Assembly: GCA_040954595.2 (NCBI GenBank)
Contig: CM082576.2
Location: 11,163,129 to 11,227,128, forward strand
Direction: 5' to 3'
Origin: Balanoglossus misakiensis
Taxonomy: Eukaryota; Animalia; Hemichordata
Length of the DNA stretch: 64,000 nucleotides
Part shown: positions 24,701 to 39,900 of the stretch, piece after piece
Layout: each line of letters opens with the position of its first letter
Numbering within the stretch: position 1 is the stretch's first letter
The notes under the pieces: generated by a model
Database searches by the model: none
Seen by the model: only the letters and a program-made list of their open reading frames with translations
What the model was told of the DNA's origin: nothing
Program-made: the position numbers and the translations under genes

Positions 24701-27700
24701 GTTTTTAGGTATGCTGTAAATAGCCTAGCTTGGGTTACTGCTCTTACTCGCAGAGTGAGGAAATGTGAAAAGAGGTTTTCTGTTTCAACCGACCATTCTG
24801 GTCCACTGTGTTCCCAAGTATTTCTCCACTGCCTGTGCAGTCATTCAATGATGCTGACAGTAGAAAGACGCTCCACGTTGTTGTGTCTGTCGAACTTGCG
24901 CGAAACCCGCATCGCAGTCGGAGTCGAATCCCAAGATGACAAACTGTATAACCAATGAAACCACCAGACTGTAATAAATTTACAAATACGCGCAGGTCCC
25001 ATGACCCGCTGCCAAATACGATAGGTATTCGTATGGCTGACTGAAACCAAACCAAACAGGTAACCACTGCAATGTTGCTGTTATTAAAAAATGGCTAGCT
25101 TCTGTTTTTTTTTTTTGCCGGACTCTCTCAGTTGAGTTCACCAGACACAAATTTTCATTCGTGTGAGAGAGTCGTGTTTGAAAACACAACTGCCTTCTCA
25201 CGCATTTCCAAGTGCCACAGGTTGTATATCTTAAACTACAAACCAAACAGTATCGGATTCTTGGATTGTATATAAAAACATCACAGCTACATCTGGCACT
25301 GTAAGTCAATGTCCAAATCCTCCCACATTACCCGTTGGGGAGAGAATCTTAAATTGGGGCTACAGACTTCATTTTGCCATACTGTGACTTTATTTCAGCG
25401 TACCGGCGGGCGAGTGGGCCGTTGTTTACAGTGTGGCAGGGTGGGACCGTGCACAGTTCAGAAACCCCCACAGATAAAAAATATCCAATTGAGGGCCCTC
25501 TTGCAATTAAAGTGAACTCATGCAGGAAATTGGCAATTATGTGGTTATGGGTAGAGGAGTGTGGGATGAAGTGACCAGAAATCCTGACGTAGCCAAAAGA
25601 GGCACTTCCCCGAAAAAAACAACGTGGACCTAAAAATAACAGAAGGAACGAAAACATGCTTGTCAAAAACAAGGTGGGCTGTTAATTCTCATCCTGGCAG
25701 CGATATAGGGTGTCGGAGTGAAAGTACATGCGGATGTGTGGTTACCCAAAGGGCACACCTGTTAGGATTTTTGCTTTCTTTATATACGAAATGCTAATAA
25801 ATACCTTAATACAGATAAGTCAATTAGCGGTGCCATTCTGTACAAAGATGCCGCTTGTGGTAGGAGTGCTGTCGGGTCCTTTTATTCAGAGAGTATTTGC
25901 TTTAAATGTTATCAGGGATGTTTACAAAAAGTATGAGCCGGTACTGACGAAGAGCCAGTGGCGTGGTTCTTTCATAATATTTCCGTAGATGGAATTTGGC
26001 GGGAATTAGCCTGTTGTTTTGGTGAAGGCAGCCTAGCCCATGTGGTGTGTTGTGAACAGAGCAGAGAAGTGAAGAGATTGATTTGAAAAAAACCTGCAAA
26101 TTGTTACTGGGACATGAAGACCTGAAAAGCTTCTGTTTTGTTTTGTTTCGGTTGATTCTATGATTCTTGTGTGGCCGTGAAATTTGGGGGAGAAGTGACC
26201 TAGTGCAAAATAATTGATGCCACGGCTTGTTGCAGTCATAAGCGATTGGGTTTCAGTGCTGTTTTTCAAACGAGTCCTATTATGACAGTGTTACAGCACG
26301 GTATTTTGGAATGCTGTTAATTTTACAGTTTTAACCATTTAGTTGTGAGTGTCGACACGTCCCTGCTGCTACCGGCAATGATTTTTGTCAGCCAGCGATA
26401 CACAATGTAGAGGCATTAGGCAGAACTGGTTTATATTGTCAATAAATTAGCGCAGCCGAAAATAACACAACACGGCGCAAAACGCGAACATCTGGACGAG
26501 CCTTGGCAGACTGCCTGGAAAAGGGAGGGAGAGCTCGAAATGGAAAACAACGGCTGGTGAGAGCTCAAGAGAACATTAACTATGTGCAGTGAGTGGACGA
26601 TCCATTTCAAGACCCGGCTATTTTAGATGTGTACGGTCATTGTAACCGGGAGATATGCCCGGATGCCCTTGTGTGCCGTGTTTGCAGAGGCACAAAACCC
26701 TCACACTGCCGTTTGTTAGCTCGCAAAGGTTCAAGAAACTTGAATTTGTTAACAAGTGAAAATGTGCTGCCCTCTTATTCCCACAAGTCTTTTGGCAAAA
26801 CAGGGCGGTCAGTCACAGATATTCATGCACAAGGCTCGGGATATGTAACCTTATCTTCCCCATCACTAGCCTACAACATGTACAACCACAGGTTCAGTTT
26901 TTGGGGGTCTTTTGTTCAGTGTCTCCACACTACTGGGAAATATTTGTCTGCATACAGACTTTTTTTTTCACACTTCAGACCAGACTGCATACCGGCCATG
27001 GAAGTAACTGTGGATATGTGCAACCAGGCCTTCGCATACCAAGAGTTCAGTCACCCTGTGAAAATAAATAACATTTGGTAATTGGTGTCTTAATTATACA
27101 TAATTAGAAGAGTAAATTTGCTGACCAAATGCACTTGAGCTGTTCTGCTTTATGAACTGAAGAAGCCTGTCAATGCTGTAACCACAGGGCACAGTGGTGG
27201 GGAATGGCATGCATATCATTGCAAACAGGTTTTGAAGTGTAGTATCAGTAATATTAAGATTATTTTGACTTTTCTTTTTGAAATTATTAGTATTAATGGA
27301 TTGATAGCGCTTCATCAAAAGGAATGTGTGGTGGTTATGCTTTTGGATGTTCCGAGTGTGTCCAACTGGTCAGTGGGAGAAAACACAAAGATTGTGTCTA
27401 ACAGGTCCGCGTGCCAAGCAGATGTTTTGCGCGCTGGGAATGTTGTTCATTTCACACGAGTGGACAGATATGAGTTATTATTTTTTTTCACTGAATCGAC
27501 AGTGAAGATAACATCTGCAAACCAGTATAAACATTTCAGTTATGTTGTATCACGATCAGATTGCAAGTAAATCTCAGTATTGATAATTTGTAGTGGTGGA
27601 GACGGTAGCGTGTTGAGAATTATGGCATCTCTCTAATAAACATAAGATTATTCACCGGTAAAATATATCCCGGGGAGCCGTCAGTGGGAATGCTAGATCA

Positions 27701-30700
27701 CATTGATCAGCACACATTTCTTTTTTTGATTGATGAGATACAGTCTGCCAGAGTAGGGTAATTATTGGAAAGTTTGCTTCCTCCGAGACCAGCTGCACAG
27801 TGCCGTTTTGGTAATTTGAAAACTCTAGGGCTTGATCCTGGCGACCCCTTTGGGATGACCACAGTTGTTGATGAGACAGGGACTGGAGCAGGAGGTGTGG
27901 TGGCTTGTAATTAGAACATGGTATCAGTTTCAAACAGGAAATCACACTTCAGTAATATTGACACATGTGTGTGTATACTCTATGGATTTCTTGGAAGCCC
28001 CACTTTTGGCCAGCCTTTTAATATTAAACGAGTGTCAACATATGGCAGTGAGAGGGGGGCGACCCATCTTTCATGATTTCATCCTGTAATTGCCTCTGGT
28101 TTAAAGTTTAACTTCACACTTGTTGACAGTCCCGGTGCAAATTGATCAGTCATTGACCAAAATTACAGTCAGCACCCACTTGAGAATTCAACCTCAATAT
28201 CCTGCTTGATTTTTTTTTCGGTTTGGAGTAAATTGTCTCATGTCACCGGGTCATGGGTGACAGACAGTGGAGGCAGGCACGCTTATCCACACAGCTAATG
28301 AAAATATTCCATAATTCCCAAGACCCACCATTGTAAGAGGAAGCAAGCAAGAAGATCCCACCCAATTCCGAAAATATCGCAGCAGGAGTCCGGGATAAAT
28401 AAAGTGGCATAATTGAAGAACACGAAACCCCCTGCCAAAGCACCATGAAATATGATTTCAAGATGTTATCTACACACAGGAGGAACTTTAATTATTTTGG
28501 ATATAGTGTTTCAATGAGTGAAGTTGGCAGTTCTGCAGAAATATTTATAGTACACAACAGGTGGACAAGTTTACTTTTTTTTCTCGGTTGAAAATTGAGG
28601 CTGGAGTTCCTAGTGCCGTATCTGGCTGGCTGTTATAACCTCCCCGTTCGTGAGTTGCCCCCAGAGTCAGTGATCTGGCAACGGGTGCGAATTGTGTGTT
28701 GGAGCGGAACGTCCGCCTTTCATCCATCTCAGCCTCTACCATACAGAGTCTGTAATTGTTTGTGCGGTAACCTGGGTTACGTGTGATATCAGTGACAGTG
28801 CCAAATCTTGTTACTCCTACATAGTAGCCCCTGTACCTCTTGTGCTGTCCTGCCCCCTGATTTGTAACGTCTTGACCGTCTTTGTGTGCGCATTCCTCGC
28901 ATCGCTGTGTTTTCAAGCTAGAACACTGCGGTGTAAAAGGAAACCAACACACGAACTGTGCCCGCAGTAAACTGGGTGAAAAAAACAACTCGGGTTAGGT
29001 TAGGTTAGATGCTATGAAAACAACTGCCATGCTTGCCTCCGAGAAACAATTTGCAATTTTCGCACTTGGCTTCCGGCGAAGACATATTGTCAGTGGTTAC
29101 AGTGAAGTATCTTGTGAGCCAATTTGGCAAGCTTTGGGGAGTTGTTTGTTTGTTTGGTGAACTATCCTCCAGTAAAGCAACAACTGATGAATAGCATCCC
29201 TGGAAGCATGCGTTCGCAGAGAGGGGCAATACTCTTGTACCGTCACTCCACACTACAGAGTGGAGTGAAAGGTCATGACCCTGGAGACCTGTCGCATTTG
29301 ATTGCCGCGGTAGTTGAAAGGCAAGTTGAAATCCAGCAAGATGAATGGTGGTGTTTACCAAAGTTTAAATCTGTCATGATCTAGGGTAACACGTGCCCCG
29401 CTGTTGCTCCGTGTCACGCTGACTTGTTTTCATGAAATTCACGGTTAGCTTCAACTTGACCCAATAACAGGAACAGCTGTGTGTGATTTTTTTTTAAATT
29501 GCAATAATTCTGAAAATCGAGAACGTATTTGTCACTCAAGATTTGCAGTCACGGTGCAGGCACTTGTTTTTGTGTGTGTTCCCATAATGCCGCTGTTAAG
29601 GTCGAAGGTTCCCAGTTGTTTATAATTTTGCATCTAAATCTCATGATCCTTTGCTATGTGAAACTGCAGGTAATTGGTAATTTAGCCAGCTTCAACTTTG
29701 GCATAGTCTACAGTTAGTGACGTGATCTGCTATACAAATGTACGTATGTACACATACTCCTGCACTTTACCCTCCTTGGATGCATAATTCAACATAACGT
29801 ATTTTCTGCCAATTTCTCTGTTAGTAGTTCTTTAAGTTTTCCCACGGTTTTTAGTCCATATTATTTTTGAACTGTTTTCTAACGAATACAAACATCATAT
29901 TATGTTTTGGATGAGTTATTGCCATGGGGATGGCTGGAGGTGGGGGGGGGGGGTAACTTTATTTACATATTGTCGCTGCAGGGAATCCTGTACTGGCAAG
30001 TTGCAGAAGATTTGGATCAGGATGTTACAAAAGGCTGAGTGGCCACCATGTTGCCACCATGTCATGTTCAGGTGTAAAAAAAACCACAACTTGTCAATTT
30101 TAATCAGAAAGCAAACAACACTGAGGAGGGTGCTACTATCTACGGTTTGATTAAGGTTTAATACTGTGCGGTATGCCGAGAATTTTCATACTTGTTTGAC
30201 CAGGCAGAATCTGCTGAAATCCGATTGCAAGGAAAGGTCGTCACGACCATGAAACTGATTCAGTATAAAGCTGGCAGTTTTCCTACAAGTCTATGAAGTG
30301 GCCAATATAGTCTGGGCGTAAAAATGTTGTTTTTCGTTCGGGGACAGGAGAAATGAAGTCTGACTGTGACAACAAGTTTGGAGAAATGCAGGCTTGGGGG
30401 GATTCCCTTTTGATAGGCACTGAGAAATGTCAGAAAGGATTAAAATAGTTTTGTGGTGATCCACCTGGTAAAAATTAAACTGAAGTATCATTCGAATCAA
30501 GGTGAAGAGTTCCCCAGTGATGTAATTAGGAGGTGATTGACCTGTGGCAGACATTTGCTGTGGAGGTTGAAGTTATACGGGAGTTAATTTACAACTTGTG
30601 GCTTTTTCCATCGCTTTCCTGACCTCCGCACGATATGTGAACGACAATAAAAAAAACCTGTCTGTATTGTTGTGAACTCGCTGAACGACTTGAAATGCCT

Positions 30701-30965
30701 TTGAGTGCATGGGACGACATGGGGGGGAGGGGGGGGGGGGTTGCGACTCGGGGATAGAAAAGGGGCGCACCTGTAAATATTCCTGACTGAAATATCCGTG
30801 TGATTTTTGGGATCATCGTGAATGAGGAGAAATACTTGGGACAGAAGAGATTTGTTGGGCGTGCATGCTTGAACGGACACCAGCAGGCGGTGACAAATTC
30901 TGCCCGCAGTGCCAAAAGCTTTGCGTTGCGTACGCCTGGTTGAAGCCAAGCCGATGCATTTCTGA

Positions 30966-30997
30966 GGAGAGAGAGAGAGAGGGGGGGGGGGGGGGGG
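30966..30997. repeat. (GA)n + poly-G compound microsatellite
   Basis: aggagagagagagaga followed by about 17 G. Confidence 0.9.
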
Positions 30998-33900
30998 TGG
31001 CATTAGCACAAGCAAAATATTTTGAAAGTGCTCGGTTGCTGCGAGGCAAACGCGCACACACTGTTTTTTAATGGTCGTCTGAAACGGGAGATGTTGGCCT
31101 TCGGGGGTTGGGGAATGAAAGATACATGCAGGTAAAATGAGGGGCGCTGATACCTGCTGTAACCCCCTGAACAATGGACAATCGGGGGGAATCAAAAGTG
31201 AACGACCCTGGGCGATGTTTTCCGAGTGACACATTCACTGAAGAAAAGTGTCCCTTTCTTGGTCACTGATGTATGAATCGTAATGTACACACACAAGGGG
31301 GTACACGATGGAAATCGCTCCACAACAATTCCCCAATGATCACAACATGTTTACATCACGGAAGTGAAAATATTAATCTTTGCGACCAAGGTTCAATAAG
31401 CACACGCACAAATTTTGGTGTTGGCTTGCTGCTCAGCGCAACATTCAAAGCACAGGTGATGATGCTTCATGTTAATTGCAGAGGCACCTGGACGAGCGCC
31501 TGTGTGCGAGCAAATCAAAAGAACGGATGCATTGTTGGTAGACTGCCAATAACCTCTGAATGGGACGTGAACTCCGTCCCGGGCGGAGGTGGGAATCGTG
31601 TTAATGAAAGAATAATATTGAATCTGAATCATCCCCAAATTTAATGGATCTTCTTTTCAGCCCGGAATTTGATAGGATTCCATCTGTGCACATAAACAAG
31701 ACGGGGGAAAACAACAGGCAATTTGTTTAGAGCATTTGCTGGCGAGACCTGTAAAGAAGGGTTTCTATTCTCTCTGCGTGTTGATGTTGTTGGCAAGTAC
31801 AAGTGACAACAAGGTGGTGAATTCTTGATTGACAGTTCCAGCACAGTCTGGTCCGTGGTTGTTTTTGTCGTGGTGGCAAAAAAGCTTTCATTCCTAGCTA
31901 TTCCACGCATGTTTTCCTTGGAAGTGTGACAAGGATGTGCTTTGTTGTGATGTATCCCCCGTCTGAAATTGTTCGCACTCCAATTGTTTTGTGGAGAAGG
32001 GTGAGGTACGGGCCGCAGCCACTGTCTGCTGCAGACATCAACATTGAAGTGGAAAAAAGGAGAAAAGGGAACCTCATTGGTCATCTGACGTGACATCAAG
32101 CTAACATGAGTGTTCTTTTGTTTTTATACTTATACCATGGTGATGGGGTCAGAGGTCATCTGTGATTCCCAGGGGTATTGTTTACGGAGGAAGATTTTAA
32201 TGAGAAATGTGGACCTCGATGATAAAAAAAAAATTGGAGAAATAGGAAGACATCCAAATAAAAACTGTAGGAAGAACTTGCTCGATAAATCAGTTTATTT
32301 ATTTGTTAGGGTTAAAGAACCATATGGTTTTTTCTACAGTTTAAAGTACTGTGTATAGATTTTGCTCGGGCACCGTCTTCCAAATCGGTTATGTTGATTC
32401 TGAGCTGGAATTAAATTTTCATGATATATCGCTGTGTTTGTTGATTTACTGCGCCTGTAAGTTAGACAATACATGAGTTACTACAGTCTCGTGTTCTGAT
32501 TATACACTGTTTTTGTTGACTAACTGACCCCCTAGGATTGAAGTGCTTTTCAAGTTCTCCGGGCGGAAAAGAATTATTGTTGGGAAGATTTATGGTTGTG
32601 GTCATGAGCTGGGACCGGCTCAACACTCAAAGTCAATTTTGTCGCATTGTTACGGTCTACCTAAAGGTTAAGTATTTGCTGTATGGCACTTCAGTTGTAT
32701 TTGACTTGTACTGACTCAGAAGAACCTATGCCTAATATAAATAGGCACACAAAATATGTGGCCTTCCTAGGGCCATTATCTTCTTATACATAAAGCTGTT
32801 GAGGTTTTTTTTGGAGGGGTACTTAACATACCAAATTTGTACATTGTAAGCTTTCGTCTCTGTTGTGGTTTCTGTGGCAGACAATGAATGACAGAGGTGG
32901 GGGAAAAAACTCTGCTCGGGATGAATTGAAAGTTGATGAGAGAGACTGACATTGAGAATAAGGCCAAAGTCAGATTGAATGATATATGCCACACGCAATC
33001 GGGCACCCAGCGAGTTGGATGATAATCTGGTGTAACACACACTCTAATCAGAAATCTGTTACCTGCGTCTGCGGTCGTGTTCCACGAGGGCAGTCCTGGA
33101 AATAGCATCTTGCACTGCGTTTATTTTAGTTCGCGGCTTGTTATCGCCCGACGCAGTCTTGCCTGTGTCAGTCGTCACCTTGCCTGATCCAGTAAGCTGT
33201 ACTGCGAATCGTTCATGGTTCAATAACCCTGCCTAGAATATAGGGAGACCCAAGTTGAAGTTATATTGAGTCTCGGTCAGCACATGACACCCTTGTGGTC
33301 AGCTACAGTGTCAAATCGTTCAGTTCAGTTTTCTAATTGTTGGCGGCTTCTAAGCTTCCCATAGATGCCTTGAGAGTTTATTAGCACAATGTAGGGGTAT
33401 AATTTCTGTATATTTTAGATAGGCTTACCCTACTTGTATAAACAAATAGGTTCCTTCTTAATGACAGTATAAATGGACCCGCTCATTTACTTAATTACAC
33501 TGGGGCGGTTTATACCCTTTAATAAGTGTGGCGTATCAACACATGGCCTGATGGAAGCCATTTTGCGTATTTGACAGAGAGAAATAATTTTATTTCGGCA
33601 CTCCTTCTGCAAGAGGTTACTGAACCAGATTTGTGCAGGGACCCTGAAAGCGTGTTTGTTTATTCAACTCAATAGGATTTGAAATGTGACCATTTTATCA
33701 GAGGGCCAAGATTTTTTTTCTCTCTCTCGCTCTCTCTGCACTGAATGTGTGTGGGCAAAGTGTTCTAGAGCAAAGTGTATCATATATTTACCCCAAAAGA
33801 CACAGCATCTGTTTGATAACCATTTTCATAATAAACTGTGCTGGTCCCTTAATTTTATGTAACTCTAGTTGCAGACACAAACACGTGAAGAGTTTTCCCA

Positions 33901-36900
33901 TTATTTGCCCTCTTTTGACTTCTTCTTAGGCTTTTTGCACAAGCAAAATAAATAGCCTTTATCATTTGTTAGTGTCCGTACAATTAACTGCATGCCACGC
34001 ATGCCTGTGGTCCATTGAAAGACAAATCCTTTGCGTAACTCAGAAGGTAACCAAAGACTTCATGGTCAACAACTTGCGCTCCCCCCCCCCCCCCCTTCTC
34101 TCTCTCTCTCAAAAAAAAATTCACAAAACAACAAACTTGTTTTGAAAAAAAAGTACAGCTTTGGGACTCTCTGACTGTGTACCATGGGACGACATATGGT
34201 CTGAAAGTTGGCATTGGGCAAAGGACAGCAATTCCGATGGGCTTGCTTTTTAAATGATTGCATATGGGCGAGAAAGCACTCTCATGAGGGTTTAGATGAA
34301 AACCGGGATGTGTTGTAAGGGGGTTGGGAATGAAATCTGCAGCCATTCTGGCCTTAAATGTTCTTCTCTCAGAACATTGTCCTCGGTACATTCAATTGTT
34401 TTATCCCTGGCGGACTTTTTTCGAAGTCGGATTTTCCTGTTGAAGGGCTTTCAAAGACGTATCAGGATTTTTTAGAGGGGAGGTTTGGGGGTTCATTCAC
34501 GGTCATCTGCTACTCCTGCGACACACTGCTCCTTCACACAATCTCTTGAGAACATCTAATCAGTCAGTCAGTACTAGCAGACAGTTCTGAGTGTGGGTAC
34601 ACTCACGACCATGAATGTACCTGTGATGACACCTGTCAGTCTTCTCCGTGAATGAGAGAGCGATTTTCACAGGTTGCACGTTTGTTTTCTCCGTCCACAA
34701 CAGACCCGATATCTTTGTAGAAGGAGAAACGTAATGAAGGGGAACAAGGCGCAAGTGAATCCACCATTAAATAGATCACAGCGGATCACTTAGTAGGTGG
34801 CTAACTGTGGAGTGGCCTAGCTGTCAATCAGCACCCTTGCACAAATAGATTTGAATGCTTGTGCCGGGCCAAAAGAGTCTGAATTGCCAATCTGTGGAAT
34901 CTCTTTGTTTTGTCTAATTTTCTCATCAGTTGTGCTCAGGTCTAGGTGGGGTGATTTTTGTCGAGCTCAATTATATTAGAGCTTAGCTGCAAAGTGGTTT
35001 GTGTTTTCTCATTGCCACAATTCATTTGAAAGCGTGAATGGTTTAGGGAGAAGAGAGAGAGGGGGGGGGGGTTGCTTGCCTCTGTTTGGGCAGAAGTACC
35101 CCGGCATTCCTGAAATGCTTTGCAACGTACCTAAACAACACTTGAATGAGACAAACAACTTGTGGAAAAACAATGGCAGAGCCCGAGTTACTGGTGGCTC
35201 CCGTAAACAGCCCAAGGTCAGAAAGTGAATGTGCGATTCTGTTGTCTTCCCAGTGACTGTAAGAGCCTCTGGGAAAGCAATCTTTAAGTAGCAGAAAGAA
35301 AACCAACAAACTTTTGGGGTCCAAGCAGCTCCCCCTATTGTAGTGGTGGTGGAACATTTCATAGTCATCAATGAACCCCATAGTTTGTTGGTCAAAGAAT
35401 TCTGGCTGAATTTTCACCAGTCTGTGTACTGTGCTGGTATTTAAACTTCCTATTTGAAATTTCAAGTAAGGTCTGATGATGTTTGCTTGCACGGTTATAA
35501 CTTTTGGTTTCATGACTTTGAATTATGCAAATGACATGGAAATGTTTTCTTAATCACACTGTGGGATGTTTGTGTGTTTGTTGTTTATGTTCGTGAATTT
35601 TACAGTACATGGCAACCAAATAATAGTTTGAAGTCGTGATTCCCCCGTTGAAGGTTGCAATGTGATTAACATACCGCATCTTCGCTACAAACAAACAAAC
35701 AAGCAAGCCGGCAAGCACTATTGACTCTGCTTCTAACCCAGCCTATTGTTTTCAGCAGTGACAGCCTTCATCCCAAGTCGTGATTTTACCTGATTTGTTT
35801 TAATGCTGAAGGTGACCATATTTTGTTGTGCGCACTTTCAGTGACTAAGCTTTTCCTCTTTGCACAAAATCCCTCAAAGGCTGAAAAAAAACGTGAAGTG
35901 GGCAAATTCCTGCTACCAGATGTTTCGTCGAAAGTTTTTAAGCCACATCTTAATGTAGCCAAGAGTGGACAGACCATTCCTCTCAATGAGTGTTACTTAA
36001 AGGGACGTGTCTACACCGGAGCAATAAACACCGTTCTCAAGTGGCCGTACCCCGAAGCCGATCTTTCTTGTTTTAAGGTATCAACCACAGAATGTAACCC
36101 TGTGAGATGTGAATAATGGAGGCAACAACCGTTGACGATTATGAAATTGTGAAACCGTCGAAAATTCAGAGCTGAAAATTTTCTCTCCTGCTCTTTGTTT
36201 TAATCCGCGAAAGATGCGACAGCTGGCCACCCAGCGCACGTGTGGTAAATCTGTGCCGCAGATTTACGGGGTAGACTGCGCAGATGGGAATTAAGCGCAG
36301 AGCATCCAACTTTGCCGGGCACTCCCGAGCTCTCTGGCGTCCCAGTCAGAAATTCCTGAGGTGATTATAACATAAAACCCCTGACACAATTGTTGATGTT
36401 GAACACATAACAACAATCGCGAAAATATTAAACTAGGATTGGTTGGATACCAGGTAGGCAAGAATTTGACCCCTACTACTGATACATTCCAGGTCTATTC
36501 ACCGCCGACGATTCTATTAATTTCAACAAGGGGGAGAGTAACAAGAGCTTTAGTAGGTAGAATGGAAGCAGTCTGTTAAATGGTCACGAAAATGGGGGAA
36601 GATTGACGCCCAGATTGCAGCATCCCTCGCATTTTGAGCGTTGATGCAGAATGGGACTATTAGGAGGGAGAGAGAGAGCGAGTACCTTAATGGCTGTGAT
36701 TATTACATTACTTCACAAGTAGAGGGGACATTTCTTGCAGGCAAATATTTGGTCACATTGAAAGCCAGCCAAATGGGTTTATACATGTCTTTGAAAATAA
36801 AGCTGAGAATACCGCTGAGCTGGGCTCTTTCAGTCCAAGAATGTTGTACCTTTGGGCCAATTTGACTGTGGCAGATCAACACATCAAAGGCTGTTGTTTC

Positions 36901-39900
36901 CAAAGACGGAAAACGTGCTGCTATGGGGAGGAAAAAAACCACCACCAGAGGGAAGAAAAGAAACAAATAGGGGTATACTCTGAAGACGCAATTAGGAATC
37001 AGATTCCCCCCCTCCCCCTCCCTTCTCGCTCGGTTCCAATTCTTTGTTGTGTTTCTCAAAGTAGCAAATCGAAATCTGTTTATTTGCCCTCTCTTTGCCA
37101 GAAGGATCTGCATATTGTACATTCCAAATGATCGGGGCATGAGCGAGACAATGCAGGTGTGAAAGCCATTTAATTAACAAAACATCCATAACCTTAACTG
37201 TGTGAATAAATGACAATTCAGTCGGGATATAAAAAAAAAATCCAAACTATTTTCTCCATTCTGCTTCTATTATTGATTTTTGAAATTCCGACTGTTTTTA
37301 CTATGAATCACGGCAGTGTACCTTCCTTTTTTGTTATTCATGTAAATATTATGTTTCATGGAAACGTGGGTATGTGGGGTATGTGGATGCTGTAACATGT
37401 CTCTGCAACCTTGTGATCGTCCACTGTAAATGACTTGTATATTCATATGCAGTGTTGATTTAGAAGCATGCAGTGATCTTGTCGGTGTCTGTGACAACGG
37501 AAACCATTAAAAGAGTACTAGTGTATCATTATCACCCGGTGTATCCAAAATCCTTTGGGAAGCCAGCAAATGAAGATTTCACATAAATATGGACTTCTGC
37601 TGAATAATTTGCATGATTTTGCAACCCTTTTTTCCTGATTTTGTAATTATCTAATCTGCTAGATCTTTACTCGCCCAAATTTACCAAATCGTGGCACCAT
37701 ATGAACGTTTAAGAAAAAAATAATTTTACGAAGGAAGGTGTAGTGTATTATAATAGGGCTATACCAAAATATATGGCCAATGTTATGTGGTTTTCGAGCT
37801 CCATGTTTGAAGTGTACGACTTCCCAATGCTGACCTTGGAACCTGTGGTCCTACATTGTCATATTTCATGAAAAGCCATCCATTTTCTTATGAACAAAGC
37901 AACCAATTTAGATGCTTAGCCCCAACTGGTGACTGCTCTTGTAGTTCCCAGTGGTAATTTTATCCAACAGAGGTAAATTCATAGGAGATGTTCTCATTTA
38001 TGCTGGGAAATGGATGCGGCATGAACAGGCATTTTATTGATCCGGTTCCAACTTTCTCCCGGCCAAGACAATGAAATCCAGCAGCTGCGAAATTCACTGT
38101 GCAAATTTGTACTGCGATACTGGTTCATTCAGAGTTTTCGATTTGAAATGTAATACCCGGGCCGCATTTGATTGCGCGCTGTTACAGCCCATCAGTAGAA
38201 GACATTAGCACGTTTCCCAGGCACATGGCAACACACATCGAAAGCATGTCGGCCATCACTGGTCGAGTGGGAACAGGACGTAACTGATTTGCATGGTCTT
38301 GTCAAAACTACCGGTGCATTGCGTTTGGTGCCAAAAGAACGGGAGTCTTGCAGTGGAGATGTCAGCCACGAACAACTTGTGAGTTTGAATAAAGACGCCC
38401 CGGTCTGCACATGGCAAAGCAAAGTTTAATGCCCCCTCTTTTTTTTGTAAAACAATTAGTAATATTGATCTGCCCGCTCCAGCTTTGAACGTTGAATTGC
38501 CATTGATTGGACAGTGTTGAGCAATCGCTCTCTGCCGGAAATAGACATTTGTCAGTGTGTCTGTGAGGCGGTCATAGCAAGTGGAGTGGTTCCTGGCCGT
38601 TTTTTGTCCCATTTTACTTTTGTAAACAGGCACTTTGGTCAGTGAATTTGTGCCCAAGTTTGATTGTAACTAATCAAATTAGCTTACATGGACGGAGAGA
38701 AAAGCTGTCCATTCAGACTACATTTGTATGGGAGGGGCAACAAGGCGGAGCCATCAACAGACTACAGTCACACTTTGGCTATTCCATGCTCCATCCCCCA
38801 GCCCCCACCGTGCAGATATCCAACGGTCGCTTCACACAAACATTTGAGTTATTTTTACACATTTTGATAAAAAAAAGCCTTCAAAAACCACTCTTGCATA
38901 TTTGTGCAGAAATGTTATTCCACCAACGTTTCAACTTCCGAGTGTTTCACTCTGGAATGACATCAGTTCCTGCTTTTCTGGAATTGCTCTCTCATTCTTC
39001 CCTTTTCGGGTTTGTGAGGAATCTAAATATTTCTGCTTGAAACATTCCAGTCAAGAGCAGTCTCTATTACACGTAGTAGATGTTGTTTTAAGTATTTCAT
39101 GTTGTGGTGTTTTTGCTTCACCCCAACTCAACTCTGCTCATTAGTTGCTCTCAGTTTACAGTAAACTAACTGTCCATTTTCTGTAAAAACTTTTTTCCCC
39201 AAAATTAATCCCTGGCAAAATATTTGATGTCTGCCCCGAGTCAACATTTGGTATTTGTGCAGGGATTATGATGTCAGTCCTGGACCAAGAGAGATTTATT
39301 TGGAGAAGTCCAGTCTTGTGACTGAGCTGTGGGGAAGGAAAAATAATCCGCGATGATAGACTGTTGCTCCGAATTGAAGAGAGAAACGGTTTTGGTTTCA
39401 CGGGATGTGCTGAAGCCTTGCCGAGGCCATTTGCGTGTGTCATGTCTGCTGGTGATTGGGCCGAGTTCTCCTGGGAGCCCACTGTTCAAACAAGGCTTGG
39501 ATGCAATATGTTTGGACAACTGATTAATCCAATTATGCTCTATATACTAATGTCTGCGGCTGATTGAGGACGTGTGGCAGTTGGCTGGCCCAGACACTGG
39601 GGGGAAGGTGTTTAGAGCGGCGCTAAACAGTTTGCCAGCGATGACAGCCAAGTCACAGCTGGTTGCTACCCGTATTTACCCAATACAAGGCAAGAAGACC
39701 CGGGAATTGCCTGGGGCCGGTCTGACCACAGATAAGGACATTATTGAGGGTTGATATCCCACCACTCACTTGGAACGGGAGAGAGAGGGGGGGGGGAGGG
39801 ATTCTCAACATACTGCAGCACTTTGCTGTGAGCTCGCAGCCACTGTCTTCTCTTCTGTTTTGTTCAAGTGGACCACAAGTGCACAAAGTGGTTGTATTAA

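Noticed and set aside
30573-32099. Several 100-216 aa ORFs in intron 2
   Set aside because: They are driven by low-complexity G/GA runs (poly-Pro, poly-Gly) and show no domain signatures.
36245-36267. 9-bp stem hairpin (similar ones near 20579 and 42545)
   Set aside because: Stems of 8-10 bp are expected by chance in 64 kb, and bacterial-type terminators do not apply here.
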